64,000 bases of DNA from a virus. Under the pieces are notes generated by a model. The model had not been told where the DNA came from. It did not search any database and saw nothing but the letters and a program-made list of their open reading frames with translations. Made by a program: the position numbers and the translations under genes. How positions within the stretch are numbered: position 1 is the first letter of the stretch; each line of letters begins with the position of its first letter. The DNA is taken from positions 1-64,000 of IMG/VR virus record IMGVR_UViG_3300025132_007932; one strand, 5' to 3'. Positions 45,106 through 57,000 of the stretch are shown here, piece after piece.

Positions 45106-45845
45106 TGCGTATTCTGGTTGTCGGAGAGAGTTGCAGGGATGTGTATCAGTACGGAGATTGCGTACGTCTGTGTCCAGAAGCCCCTGTTCCTGTATTCAAG
45201 GCAACCGATAAGAAAACAGAAAATCCAGGCATGGCTTTAAATGTATGGAGAAATATATTAAAAATGCATAGCGATGCCAAGGTAGATATAAAAACTAATG
45301 ATAACTGGTCTGACATAAGAAAGACTAGATTCGTAGATAATAGAACAAACTATATCATCGTGAGGATTGATGAAAACGAAGAGATGTACGGTAGATTTGA
45401 AATAGATTCAGTGGACTATGGTGAGTACGATGCGGTTGTTATCTCGGACTATAATAAAGGCTTTCTATCTGAAGACGATATAAGGGCGATATCAGAAAAA
45501 CATCCTGTGACATTTCTAGATACTAAAAAGATTCTTGGAAACTGGTGTAAAAAAATAAAATTTATAAAAATAAATGAGTTTGAATACGAAAGAACAAAAC
45601 ACAAACTAACTCCCGAATTGATTGACAAAATGATAATCACCCTTGGGCCAAAAGGTGCCAGACACAGGGATGTTGAGTTTCCAGTTCCAAAGGTGGAAAT
45701 TAAGGACACCTCCGGCGCCGGCGATACCTTTATCGCTTCTTTAGCGGCCAATTATGTTAAATTTAAAGATATATTTAAGGCCATTGAAAGTGCTAATGAT
45801 AGTGCAACAAAGGTTGTACAAAAGAAGGGTGTAAGCACTGTATGA
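45105..45845 (+). CDS. HldA/RfaE-I-like sugar-phosphate kinase (PfkB family)
   Basis: RLCPEAPVPV; KTRF; SDYNKG; DTSGAGDT. Confidence 0.85.
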   Translation: MRILVVGESCRDVYQYGDCVRLCPEAPVPVFKATDKKTENPGMALNVWRNILKMHSDAKVDIKTNDNWSDIRKTRFVDNRTNYIIVRIDENEEMYGRFEIDSVDYGEYDAVVISDYNKGFLSEDDIRAISEKHPVTFLDTKKILGNWCKKIKFIKINEFEYERTKHKLTPELIDKMIITLGPKGARHRDVEFPVPKVEIKDTSGAGDTFIASLAANYVKFKDIFKAIESANDSATKVVQKKGVSTV

Positions 45846-46234
45846 ACAAAGTAGTATGGACTAATGGTTGTTTTGATGTATTGCACCGCGGCCATGTAGA
45901 AATGCTTAATTATGCAAAATCATTGGGCGATTATCTTATTGTTGGTATTGATTCTGATGAGAAAGTTTCTAAAGACAAGGGCCCAACTCGACCACATAAT
46001 AATTCAACGGATAGAAAATTTTTGTTAAAATCTCTAAAATCAGTTGATGAGGTGGTAATATTTAAATCTGCTGATCATCTTGAGACAATTATAAAAAGTA
46101 TATCGCCACATTTTATGGTTATTGGTTCTGATTGGAAAGGGAAATCAGTTGTTGGTGGGGAATTTTGTGGCGAATTGAAGTTTTTCGATCGAATTGGCGA
46201 CTACTCAACAACTAAAATTTTGGAGACAAATTAA
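45842..46234 (+). CDS. HldC/RfaE-II-like heptose-1-phosphate adenylyltransferase
   Basis: TNGCFDVLHRGH; KGPTRP; GSDW; YSTTKI. Confidence 0.85.
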   Translation: MNKVVWTNGCFDVLHRGHVEMLNYAKSLGDYLIVGIDSDEKVSKDKGPTRPHNNSTDRKFLLKSLKSVDEVVIFKSADHLETIIKSISPHFMVIGSDWKGKSVVGGEFCGELKFFDRIGDYSTTKILETN

Positions 46235-46569
46235 TGACATATGTTTTTGATATAGATGGGACACTTTGTACAAAGGTCAAAGACGGCGACTACTCCACAG
46301 CAGAGCCAATAATAGACAGAATAGATACTGTAAACCACCTATACGAACAGGGAAACACTATTATTATGCAGACCGCCAGAGGAATGGGCCGTCATGATAA
46401 TAACCCACAAAGAGCAATTGAAGATTTTTATGCATTAACTGCAAAACAACTTAAAAGCTGGGGCGTGAAATACCACATGTTATTTCTCGGTAAACCTGCC
46501 GGCGATATATATGTCGATGACAAAGGAATGAGAGATGAAAACTTCTTTAGAAATGAATTTCGTCCCTAA
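46234..46569 (+). CDS. minimal HAD phosphatase (capsule-locus type)
   Basis: FDIDGTLC; TARG; GKP; YVDDK. Confidence 0.85.
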   Translation: MTYVFDIDGTLCTKVKDGDYSTAEPIIDRIDTVNHLYEQGNTIIMQTARGMGRHDNNPQRAIEDFYALTAKQLKSWGVKYHMLFLGKPAGDIYVDDKGMRDENFFRNEFRP

Positions 46570-46894
46570 AGGATGGGGATTTGAAAAATGGATTGTCAAC
46601 AATGAGGAATATTGTGGCAAATTATTGTATTTTGTTAAGGGCAAGAAATGCTCTTGGCATTATCATAAACTGAAGGATGAAGTGTTTTATATACAATCCG
46701 GAAAAATTCTGGTAAAATATTCAGATAATGACGATTTAGAAACAGCAAAAGAATTAGTACTTGGTAGGGGGGATAATTTTCACGTATACCGAGGCTTACG
46801 ACACAGAATGATTGCGCTTGAAGATACGGAGCTTTTTGAATTTTCAACGCAACACTTTGATAGCGACAGCTATAGATTAGAAAAAGGAGATTAA
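46535..46894 (+). CDS. cupin, sugar isomerase-like
   Basis: KGWGFE; CSWHYHKLKDEVFY; HRM; EFST. Confidence 0.8.
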   Translation: MKTSLEMNFVPKGWGFEKWIVNNEEYCGKLLYFVKGKKCSWHYHKLKDEVFYIQSGKILVKYSDNDDLETAKELVLGRGDNFHVYRGLRHRMIALEDTELFEFSTQHFDSDSYRLEKGD

Positions 46895-46896
46895 AA

Positions 46897-47124
46897 ATGA
46901 ATAAAAACGAAGCAGAAGGACATAAACTATCGAACCAGGCTCTTGGTGCTATAATGATGGCGCTTCAAGAGTCTCTTTTAAATGAGCTTGACATCGTGCC
47001 CATTTTAAAAGGATTTGAACTTTTGGAAACAGAAGATGGGTTGGTGGTGACAAATCCGCCAACTGTTCGTGTTACTAATGAACAGAAGATCACTAATGAA
47101 GATTTAAAAAATATGGTAAAATAA
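46897..47124 (+). CDS. hypothetical protein
   Basis: AAGGAG SD; 75 aa. Confidence 0.55.
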   Translation: MNKNEAEGHKLSNQALGAIMMALQESLLNELDIVPILKGFELLETEDGLVVTNPPTVRVTNEQKITNEDLKNMVK

Positions 47125-47396
47125 TGCCACGTTACAAGTACAGCTGTAAGGCTTGTGAAAATACTGTAAACGTGTTTCATACACTAGAGGAAATCTACAC
47201 TGATTGTGAAGAGTGTGAAACTACGGGCTCTATGGAGAGAATATTGTCTAACGTACATATTTTCAAGGTAGGAACAAAAAACAGTAACCAAGGGTCAAAA
47301 GTTGGAGAGATAACGAAAAAATATATTGAGGAAAACAGAGAGTTGTTAAAAAAAGAAAAAGAAGATTTAAGGAACAAAACACATGAGCCGACTTGA
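47124..47396 (+). CDS. FmdB-family zinc-ribbon protein
   Basis: MPRYKYSCKAC...CEEC...MERILS. Confidence 0.8.
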   Translation: MPRYKYSCKACENTVNVFHTLEEIYTDCEECETTGSMERILSNVHIFKVGTKNSNQGSKVGEITKKYIEENRELLKKEKEDLRNKTHEPT

Positions 47397-47727
47397 AATA
47401 GTTTTGTCGGCGATAACCACAATTTCTATACTTTTGAATATTGGATTAGTTTTATATTCTAGAGGTGTTGTTGTTAGGTTGTTATCTGTTTCTGAAGAAC
47501 TCGGAGATCTACAGGACATGATTAATGCATTTGCTGCGCACCTGCAGTCAGTGTATGAATTAGATTCTTTTTATGGAGATGAGACACTTAGGTCACTATT
47601 AAATCATGCTATATCTTTTAATGAACAATTAGAAACTTTTGAATACATCTATTCTTTAACGGCTCCAGAAACTGAAGAAGGAGCAGAAACGGATGACACA
47701 GAAGAATCCGCAGAAGAAGAGACGTAA
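47383..47727 (+). CDS. N-terminal TM plus coiled-coil protein
   Basis: Hydrophobic N-terminus; acidic tail. Confidence 0.55.
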   Translation: MSRLEIVLSAITTISILLNIGLVLYSRGVVVRLLSVSEELGDLQDMINAFAAHLQSVYELDSFYGDETLRSLLNHAISFNEQLETFEYIYSLTAPETEEGAETDDTEESAEEET

Positions 47728-48394
47728 GAAGAATCATTACTTCACAAAAGATCACGAAAACGCAATAATTCAATACACCAAAAGCAACTGTATTCGGGAA
47801 AGAACAGAGCTTTACGTTAACTGGATAGAACCAGCATTTAACGAGATGGTTGATAAGATAGTTTTTACTTATAAATTTACTAATTTGCCAAACATCGATT
47901 ATCTAAGAGATGAGTGCAAAATTTGGCTGATGACGGTTGTTGACAAGTTTGATGCCTCCAAGGGCTCAAAAGCCTTTTCGTATTTTAGTGTTATAACAAA
48001 AAACTGGTTTATACATAAAGTCAAGAGACAACAGAAAAGAAACAAGAGAGAAATTGATTATGACAACCTATCAAAAAGTTACGAGGAAAAATATCTATCC
48101 ACGGACGAATCTTACATAACAGAAAGAGAGGAATTGGAATTTTGGAATTCCTTCTATAAAGAATTAAAATCTTGGGATTCTTCCCAGATGAAAGACAACG
48201 ATTTAAAGGTCTATAAAGCTATAAATATTCTATTCGAATCAAAAGAAGATATCGAAATTTTTAATAAAAAAGCTATTTACCTATATCTTCGAGAGATAAC
48301 TGGTCTCAATACAAAGCAAATTGTAAATTCTCTAAAAAAATTTAGAAAAAAATATTACAATTTTAAAAGCGACTGGGAGAAAGGTGGATTATGA
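47693..48394 (+). CDS. phage late sigma factor (T4 gp55-like, region 2 only)
   Basis: HYFT...; DECKIWLM..VDKFDASKGSKAFSYFSVITKNWF (sigma region 2.2-2.4 pattern). Confidence 0.7.
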   Translation: MTQKNPQKKRRKKNHYFTKDHENAIIQYTKSNCIRERTELYVNWIEPAFNEMVDKIVFTYKFTNLPNIDYLRDECKIWLMTVVDKFDASKGSKAFSYFSVITKNWFIHKVKRQQKRNKREIDYDNLSKSYEEKYLSTDESYITEREELEFWNSFYKELKSWDSSQMKDNDLKVYKAINILFESKEDIEIFNKKAIYLYLREITGLNTKQIVNSLKKFRKKYYNFKSDWEKGGL

Positions 48395-48687
48395 GCAATA
48401 ACAAAGATTTAGATTTATTGATGGATGAGGCGTTGATCAATATAAGAAGCGATCGAAAGGCCGCCCGAGAATTTTTAAATGAAATTGCTAATCAAATTGC
48501 AAACGACGCTGATCAGAATAAATATCTTAGCCCAGTAGCGGCAAAGCATATTGAGACAATGCAACGTTCTAACGAACAACTTGTAAAACTTATAAGTCTT
48601 AGGCACAAGAATACAAATAATTCAGTGGAATTATCAGAAGATGATAAGAACAGTTTATTTGATTTGATACAGGGGGAAGCTAACTAA
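48391..48687 (+). CDS. helical hypothetical protein
   Basis: ATGA coupled to the sigma gene. Confidence 0.55.
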   Translation: MSNNKDLDLLMDEALINIRSDRKAAREFLNEIANQIANDADQNKYLSPVAAKHIETMQRSNEQLVKLISLRHKNTNNSVELSEDDKNSLFDLIQGEAN

Positions 48688-48688
48688 A

Positions 48689-49978
48689 ATGTCTTACGGT
48701 ATTGATTTTGATGATTTGACTGGAATGGACATCATGGCTAAGGCCTTTGGTGATTCGATGAAAAGCAACCATCTTCAAGATCGAGTTGCAACCTACAAGC
48801 TAGTTCAAGTTTTAACAGATCCGGTGCCCTTAGACGCCCGCGCCGCAGCCGCAATAGAGGGAAGAATACCAAACCCAGCGGAGGGCGCGGGAGCAATAGG
48901 AAAATTTCAATTTTATGGAAGAATAAGGGACCGCCGAGCGCCTGTGCAGCCGGCCGATCCTTGTAACCCAACTTACGCAACTAATACAAAATTAAATAAT
49001 CAATTAGTTGGTGGTCATATACTTTTTGTAACCGAAGAAGGTCTCAGGCCTAAAAAGTTTGGGTATGTGACTGCTCAAGTGCCAATTAGACTAATCGGTG
49101 GCGAAGAAGTTCCCAATGGTTTTGGAACAGTAATAGCTATTACGCCGAACGCGTCCATAACTCCGTCAGATTATACGCCAGGAGGAGCTTGTCCAGATAT
49201 ACAGCAGATAACCGCAAATGGTGGTGTTGGTAATGCCGGCGGCCCAGCGTGCCCGGGAAGTGGCCCAACACCGGCACTAGATCCAGGTCCAATGACCGCA
49301 ATCTATCAAGGCGCTTACGGCCCAGGAGCCGGCGCCGTTGTTGAAAACGGAAATTACCCACAAAATATATTAAAAAAAGTATCAACAGAACATAGCACAG
49401 CACCAATTAAATTACTGGCAGATGTTGTTGATGACTTCAATCGTTTAGCTAAAGCATTTCACGATGAGTTTGGCGAACCATTACGCCCAACTGGCGGGTT
49501 TAGATGTTATAGTGGCGGAACATATTGCCAAGTAGAGTTAAAATGTAGGAAAGGTGTTGAAGCGTCAGTTCCTGGCCAGTCTCAACATGGTTGGGGTTTG
49601 GCATTTGATTACGACACCAAAGGCGGTTTTAATAGCAAGTTTTATAAATGGATGACATCCAATTCACATAAATATAACTGGGTACATCCAGCTTGGGCAA
49701 AACCCAATGGTTCAAAGCCAGAAGCATGGCATATGGAACACAGAAATACGAACACTTTAATTACCGCAAGAAAAAAAGCGGGCCTACGTCCAAGACCCTC
49801 TGCTGCCACTGCAAAAGCTACTACACCAGACAAATATCAAATGGGAACAACTCGTACCGATGAAGGCCTAGGCGAAGATGGTCCAGGACCAGTCGGTGGC
49901 GGTGAGTGGGTAGAAGGCAAGAATTTTGTTTGGGTCAATAAGTCAAAAGGCCAGTGGAAAGAAATACCTGTAACATAA
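48689..49978 (+). CDS. protein with M15 (VanY/D-Ala-D-Ala carboxypeptidase-like) Zn peptidase domain; putative virion-associated lysin
   Basis: GFR...SQHGWGLAFD...EAWH. Confidence 0.8.
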   Translation: MSYGIDFDDLTGMDIMAKAFGDSMKSNHLQDRVATYKLVQVLTDPVPLDARAAAAIEGRIPNPAEGAGAIGKFQFYGRIRDRRAPVQPADPCNPTYATNTKLNNQLVGGHILFVTEEGLRPKKFGYVTAQVPIRLIGGEEVPNGFGTVIAITPNASITPSDYTPGGACPDIQQITANGGVGNAGGPACPGSGPTPALDPGPMTAIYQGAYGPGAGAVVENGNYPQNILKKVSTEHSTAPIKLLADVVDDFNRLAKAFHDEFGEPLRPTGGFRCYSGGTYCQVELKCRKGVEASVPGQSQHGWGLAFDYDTKGGFNSKFYKWMTSNSHKYNWVHPAWAKPNGSKPEAWHMEHRNTNTLITARKKAGLRPRPSAATAKATTPDKYQMGTTRTDEGLGEDGPGPVGGGEWVEGKNFVWVNKSKGQWKEIPVT

Positions 49979-49987
49979 GAAGGATTT

Positions 49988-51028
49988 ATGAGAAAAAAGA
50001 CAAAACTTATAGATGATAAGTTTATTAATAAAAGTCGTAAAGAGTTTATAGATAACGCGGCTAAAAATTTTGAAGGAGTTGCCGACAAAGACTGGCCAAA
50101 TCAAATGCCATTCCAAAGCGGTCTTTATAACTCTGATGTCCCAGAGCCGTTGCTAGAGTTTAAGTTAGCCCCAGGCGCTTCTCTAATAGACTCGCAGGGA
50201 ATCAGAAACGGTAAACACAATGCGTTTATCATACTTGGTTCTGATCGACCAGATTCTTTAAAGTCTGGCTATGGAGGCAAAGGGGCTAACAGAGCAAACA
50301 CAATTGATTTAGTTGTTGGCAGAATGTCTTGTGCGAGAAATGGAAAAGGACCAAAAGACGGTTCACATGTAGACAATATGTTTGGATGTGATGCTGCCCG
50401 AGTGTATATTAGTCAGCTGACAGATATAGATAACAATTTTGGGTTAGCATCCGGCAAAATCGGTAGCGCTATGGCTCGCTCTGGGATAGGAATCAAAGCC
50501 GACGGCGTTAGGATTATTGGTAGAGAAGGCGTAAAAATTGTCACTGGTAAATGCGACGGATGTAAATATGGATTTATGAAAGGAGAGCAAAACTCTCTAG
50601 GAGGCAAAATTGTTAGGCCCGCCCCGGGAATTGAGTTTCTGGCTGGTAATAATACCGGTACGAGAAAGGTCTGGGGAGGATTTAGAAAGCCAGGATTTGA
50701 GTATATCCCCTATATGCAGCCGGTCCCCTTGGGCTTCCAAACCAGAGATGCATTTAGGGAACTTAGTTTTTTAGTAGATAAGCTTTGGGCTGCAGTTTTT
50801 AATTTTATGTTTATTCAGGGTATTTATAACTCTATAATTGGAATTACTTCCTGGCCATTCGACTCAGCATCACATGGTATAGGCGCCTCATTTGCAGCCG
50901 CTATGTTTATACCTTGGGTTGCGGAACCGCTCTATAGTATGAGAACTCAAAAGTTAGAGTGGGAAGTCAACTACTTACAGCCGTTTGGTTACAAATATAT
51001 CTGCAGTAGAAACGTTAGAACAACGTAA
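49988..51028 (+). CDS. putative baseplate hub/spike-associated protein
   Basis: Beta-strand repeats (GIGIKADGVRIIGREGVKIVTG); position between the lysin and wedge genes. Confidence 0.5.
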   Translation: MRKKTKLIDDKFINKSRKEFIDNAAKNFEGVADKDWPNQMPFQSGLYNSDVPEPLLEFKLAPGASLIDSQGIRNGKHNAFIILGSDRPDSLKSGYGGKGANRANTIDLVVGRMSCARNGKGPKDGSHVDNMFGCDAARVYISQLTDIDNNFGLASGKIGSAMARSGIGIKADGVRIIGREGVKIVTGKCDGCKYGFMKGEQNSLGGKIVRPAPGIEFLAGNNTGTRKVWGGFRKPGFEYIPYMQPVPLGFQTRDAFRELSFLVDKLWAAVFNFMFIQGIYNSIIGITSWPFDSASHGIGASFAAAMFIPWVAEPLYSMRTQKLEWEVNYLQPFGYKYICSRNVRTT

Positions 51029-51045
51029 TTATAAGAGAGGTTAAT

Positions 51046-54000
51046 ATGGCAGAATCTACATTCTTACCTTATCAAGATAGCAACAATGATGGTATACATA
51101 ATGATTGTCCAGTAGACATAGTACTGGAGCCGAATGTTTGTCCGGATTGCGCTCCTAATCCAAAAGCTTTGGTACCAAGATGGAAAAAAAGAGGCATTAC
51201 TGAGCCTTTTTTAAACGAAAAAAGTTGTAAGTTTCAGGTAACAAAGGTAACCCCACACACAGAAATTGTAGATCGTTCTACTATAATAGCTTATGAAAAC
51301 AACGGCAATGAAGTTCCAGCCGACATACAAGATACGCAGTTAAATAAAAAATTTGAAGAGTATCTTGATGAAGTAATTGATACGTTTTTAACAGAATACG
51401 ACAAACTGGTTACAACTCCAAACATTGAAACCTTGCGTGAGGCGATAGAGTTTACTGCATTTGATTTAGATCCTCGCCCACACTCAAAATTAAAGTTATT
51501 ATATTCTGTTCCTTTCACTGTTTTGAATAATTTAGAAGAAGACGAGGAAGAAGAAGAAACAGAAGAGCCAAAATTAGACGATATTACTGTAAAGTATAAT
51601 GCAACTGATATGGCAATTAAACTAATAAGAGTAAGAAAAGGCTTAGGTTTATACAATAGGTACCTGAAAGTTTATAGAGCTATCGAAGGTGGTAATATAT
51701 GGTACGAAGAAACTGGCTCTCTTTTCAACTTAGAAGTTTACGGAGATATAGGATTTTTCCCTGATTGTGAAATGGCGGATCTATTAACACAACTAGATTC
51801 GTTTCTAAACCAAAAAGGGTATAATATTCCCGGCGCTGGCGTAGCAGGATATTTTGCAAAAAAAGTTACGAAGCTACAATTTACATTCACAGGAAAGAGA
51901 AAATTAAAGAAGCTTCGCGCTTGGACCGCTGGATGCCCACATACACCCAAAACATGGGGCCCCAAAAAACTTAAATCTCTCAACAATAGATCCGCCTGGA
52001 AAAACCCAACAGCAGTTGGCTATCTAATTAAATTATTTGAAATGGAAAGGGATCTGACCGCTCGTAGGCCAAAGCCATGGCTGGAGTTTTTAGAAGAGCA
52101 CACTTATCCAAAAATTTACTCAACCGATTCAACAATAGACGAAGACGAAGATCCAGAAAGCCCTTCGAAAAAATCCAAGAAAAAGAAAAAAACTGCACTT
52201 AGCTGTGTTGGTGACAGCTTGATGGGTGAAGCAAAACAACTCGGCCAAGATATTATGGATGAAGTCTTTAGTATCGGTGACGCTATCGCATATCAATTCC
52301 ACAAAAATCTTTGTAGAGAAAACTTATCTGAAGTCATCGATGACTGGGCTGATACAATTGGAGAAAATGGAAACTTTGGCGATGTTGCCTCAATGGGAGC
52401 AGAGCAAGCTTACAAAGAACTCATAGCTAGTGACGATGTGTTTGTTAGAATGTGCGCTAATTTTATTGGCTCCTCGATTGGTGTTGGAGGAAGTCCCGTA
52501 GGAAGCTTGGACGATGTTTGGTACCACGGGTTCGATGAGATTAAAATTTGTGGATTGTTCGATTTAATTTTGGACATGCTTAAATGTCTCTTAAACGGTC
52601 TCACTCTTGAAGAAGCACTGGCCGGAATGATCAGATCTGCATTAAATGCTATGGGTGTTGAGAACTTCGGTTCATTGTTTGTCGGATTGCCACCAGAAAA
52701 ACAAGCAGAGCTTGACGCTTTGGTTCAAAGAAAATTAAACAGCGGCGATATTTTTGCTGCAGGCTCTGATCTTCAAAAACTCAGTGATGCAATCGAAGGC
52801 GGTGGTACCGGCTCAAGAAATGATCCTCAAAACCGAGGCCAGGTAACGTATACCAAGCCTTGGGAAAAGGAAGAAGTGGTACAAGCGGAAAGAGACAATA
52901 AGCGTACCGGTGGAGGAGATGCGGAAGTTCCGGGTGTTCCTAAGAACGAAAACGCAATCACTGGCCAAAGAAACGAAAGAACTCTTGCGCAACAATTTGG
53001 ATCAATATCAGAGAATGCCAATAATGAATTAAGCGACGATAATATTATGGAAGCTTATATCAAGGCTTTGATTGAGGTTTATTCTCAAGACCTTATGAGC
53101 TTGTTGGATGAACTTAATAAATTTCCCGGCGCTCAATTTGTAGCTAAAATATTTGCTACATTAGATTGTCCAATGCCTCCAATTTTCAATCCCGGATTAT
53201 TTGATTGGCTTAAAGATCTGACTTTGCCCTTCTGTCGAAACATGTCAGATTTGACATTTCCAAGATTTGAAAACCCGTTTGCTGAAATAGCCAACTTAAA
53301 AGATATTTTGTATCTACTTTGGCTTATTGCACTGTGGGTGATCCAGCAGCTTATTATGAAAATTATTATGATGATTTTGATTAGGCTTTGTGAATTATTC
53401 TCAGATATCATATGTAAAGCTTTGGCAACCGTTGGAAATCTGGCTGCATCCTTACCTGATATTATTAGTGGTAAGGAGACATTTGCCAGTGTTATCCGAG
53501 AGTCTATCTGCGGCCCAGATGCCTCAGACGAACAAGTTAACGATACAATTGTTGATATGATGGAGAGCCTTGGGGCTACGTCAATTTCACCAGACGGCGC
53601 GGCCGCAATGGGCAATAGAGAGAGATTGATCCAGTTTGCAGAGGATATATCTTCTGCAACCACACGCTCTGAATTAATGGAATCTTTCCTTGGGGAACCA
53701 AGCGATCAGGTTCTCAGTGTTGTCGATCAGCTGATTGATTTTGAATATCCAGAGCTTCGCGAAGGATTACCAAACAAAAGAGCAATTGGTTCTTTACTTG
53801 GCAATTGCGGTAATCTTATGCCGGCAGAATTTAAAGAAGATATGAGAAATTTCTTGGAGGGCCTGCCCCCTGATGATGAAATGCCGGCCAACCCGTCACT
53901 CTGTGCCACACCTGGGCAAATAGAGCAATTCAAAGAATTAAGATGTAGTCTTCTTGAAGGGAGAGCTACTAAAGAACAGTGTGACACTATGTTTGATGCC

Positions 54001-57000
54001 CTCAGAGGGAACGATCCAGATAACCCCGGGTTCTTATCTGACTTGGAAGATTTGACACAGATGATGCAAGACGGAATTCCAAAATATATGGAAGATATGA
54101 TGCCTCCGTTGGTTTCCGATCCTGGGTGTGATAATGGATTATTGCCGTTCGAGCCGGCAGAAATAACAGAATTATCTCAAAATGGATTTGGAGGAAGTTG
54201 GGAACAACTAAAGATAGCATATTCAACAGATATGCTTGGAAACGGAAATTTCCGAAATTCAGATTCAAACTGGGGATTGTTAAACATGGTTATGTCTGAT
54301 ACGATGGGTAATCCATTGTCGGTCCACCACAGGAAGGTTTTTGCGCAAGAAAACTACGTTGACTATTATATTGATACCACAGAATTGCCTGCCGCAGCAA
54401 ACCAAGAGCCGCTTTCAATTTTAGGTATACAAATTTTTGGTAGCCCTTTTGAAAAAGCGCCAAGCGTCGAACCAATTCAACAACAAAGAGGGGCTTACCC
54501 GCTTTATGTGGCAGAGCACCTATACATACAATTGAAGGATATTAGAAATCAAGTAAGCGGAGAAGGCGCCACTGATCCAAAGCACAATCTTGCAACGTTT
54601 AGATCAACAAACGCAAGTATGAGAGATAGACAGATCATTAAATCGTTTAAAGACCTGGGATTTGATGGCCCATATGGTCCTGATCCCGACCCTCTTTCTA
54701 TGCCTGATTTGGGTTATAATGTAACGTCCTTAATAAAAATGGATCCATCTAAATCAGGTGGAGGTTATGTTAGGTTTATTAGAAATGCAAGAAAAGCAGA
54801 TCCAGACATGACATTGTCATTCTTTGATAACGGCTATGGATTAAGAAGAGATTTAGCCGGCGCCCGGGCATCCCTGGCGCCAGAACTCAATCCGGAGACG
54901 CAAGCTCGACCATCTACAGGTAAAGGCGATACGATTCAAGGTTATACACTCGGCAGTGAGATAAATATATTCTTATCTGATATTGTCAACCCAAGACCAG
55001 TACCACCACCTCCCCCGGGCCCGGGTGAAGGAGCAGTGACTACCGACGACCCACCAGATCCAGTGCCCTTTAACCTGCCAACAGATAATATTAGATTGCA
55101 AATATTTGATTTAGTAAACTTGAATTCTGACGCCGCCGGCGCAGCAGCAGCAGGCGTTAAAGAAAGAGAGGCGGACCGTGAAGGAGATGATCTTAGTGAA
55201 GTTTCCCAACTTAAGAGCCTTAAGTATGAATTTATGGGAGTTGATGACAACCTAAAAGACGTCGACGCTTCCCAGTTCCCACAGTTCTATGACTCGTTTG
55301 TTTCAGAGCAAAGTCAAATACCACAAGCAAGATTACTTTCAGATTTAACGGGAATTCCAGTTGGAGAATGCGTAACGCTACACAATGATGTAATGAACTC
55401 AGTTTACAGAGCACTTTTAGATACAATTCTAGACACAGACGCTTCACTGGTTGAAAGCTTGGATGAACGGGAAGTCGGCGAAGGCCACCCTGGATACAAT
55501 GTGCCTCCGTCATTTATATATGGAGCAGAACTAGATGCAATAACCCCAGATATGTTCGATTATGTTGTCCCACAATCAATTAGGGATGATTCCGAATACA
55601 GAGATTCTGGGGATGAAAATCTTATGAAAGATCTTGAAATCAAAGACTATGATAAAGATGGAATCGAATTCGATTGGCGCTCCATCAGAAATGGAGATTT
55701 AGTCTTGGGAGTTAGTAGAGACGCCTTCAATAATGAAACAGCAGGTACCCCGGAATTAACTCGCGTTGTATATTTAGATCCCAAGAAGTTTGGAGGCAGA
55801 TATCTACGACCCAAGGTCACGGTCAAGCCACAAGTAAATATGGGGTGGATGGGCTTCGCTGATGCATTATTCCCTCAAATTAGCCCCTGCAAGCCACAGC
55901 GCACTGATATGGTCGATTTTGGAGACATTAGTGATACTATAAATGATGAGCTAATGTTCATCTCTCATGATCAAAGACTTAAAGAAAGTAAAGAGTGCGC
56001 CATAGAAAAGCCATTCAACAGGATTCTAGAGCGCTCAGGAAAGGCGGGAGTTCACGGAGTCATTAGAGCAGCTTGTAGAATCTTTGGTTCTACGTATATG
56101 ATTTTAGGTATGCCGGTGTTTAGTAAAATTGCACCAAGATTCCCAGATAATTTTAGTAACGTTTATGCTGCATATATTGTTGAAATAATGGAACAAGCGT
56201 GTAAAGATGCTCAAAATGGAGCTTGGTCTTGGTTTAATCCATTCAAGGACAACGATTTTTGGTATTCATTCCTTGAGCAAGCTGTGCAAACTTATGGGCG
56301 ACTAGTGGATGATGGAAAAATAGCAGATCCTCCCAAGTATATTTTAGACATCTTATGGGACTTAACACCGCGCGGATCACTTGGAGACATGAGCAGTGGT
56401 TTAGGCAACGGGCTCTCACTCAACTCTGCGCAAGTTTACTACGACTATCCTTGGAGAAGTGATTGGTGGGAATCGGTATTTTCTGGAGAAATAAGTATTT
56501 TCAAAAGTTTAAGCAAATACAGAAAAGAAACGGCTCTTGCAACTGTTGCCAAGTACGAAGAAGCTTGCAAGATTATTTTGCAAGAGTTCATAAGAAATGA
56601 ATTAAACTGGACTGGCGAAAACTTTATGAAGAACTTAAAGACCACTGGGCTTACTCCAAAGCACTATGATCTTGATTACTTCCTTTTAGAGCAGATGACT
56701 GCCGGCGGAATACCACCGAGAGATGTTCCCGGTAGAGAGTACACCGGTCCGTCTGGATCTAACAGGCCCGAAGCTGATGTTCCTGGTTTAGATTTAGAGT
56801 GGCCTGTTAAAGAAGTGTTATTAGGTGGAAGCAAAGTACAAGGCCAGGACTACTATACAAACGGTGGGGAATTGATGTATTTGGACGGCGGAAAAGAATA
56901 TGTCGGACCGTACCACATAGCTTTAGACTCTGAGGGCGAAGAAGTCTTCAAAGCCGGAGATGCATCGGCTCCAGTAGACAGCGCAAATCATGATCCAGAT

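Noticed and set aside
48273-48279. CTATTTA inside the sigma gene as a promoter
   Set aside because: Falls in coding sequence (KAIYLY), over 100 nt from the next start; may be coincidental
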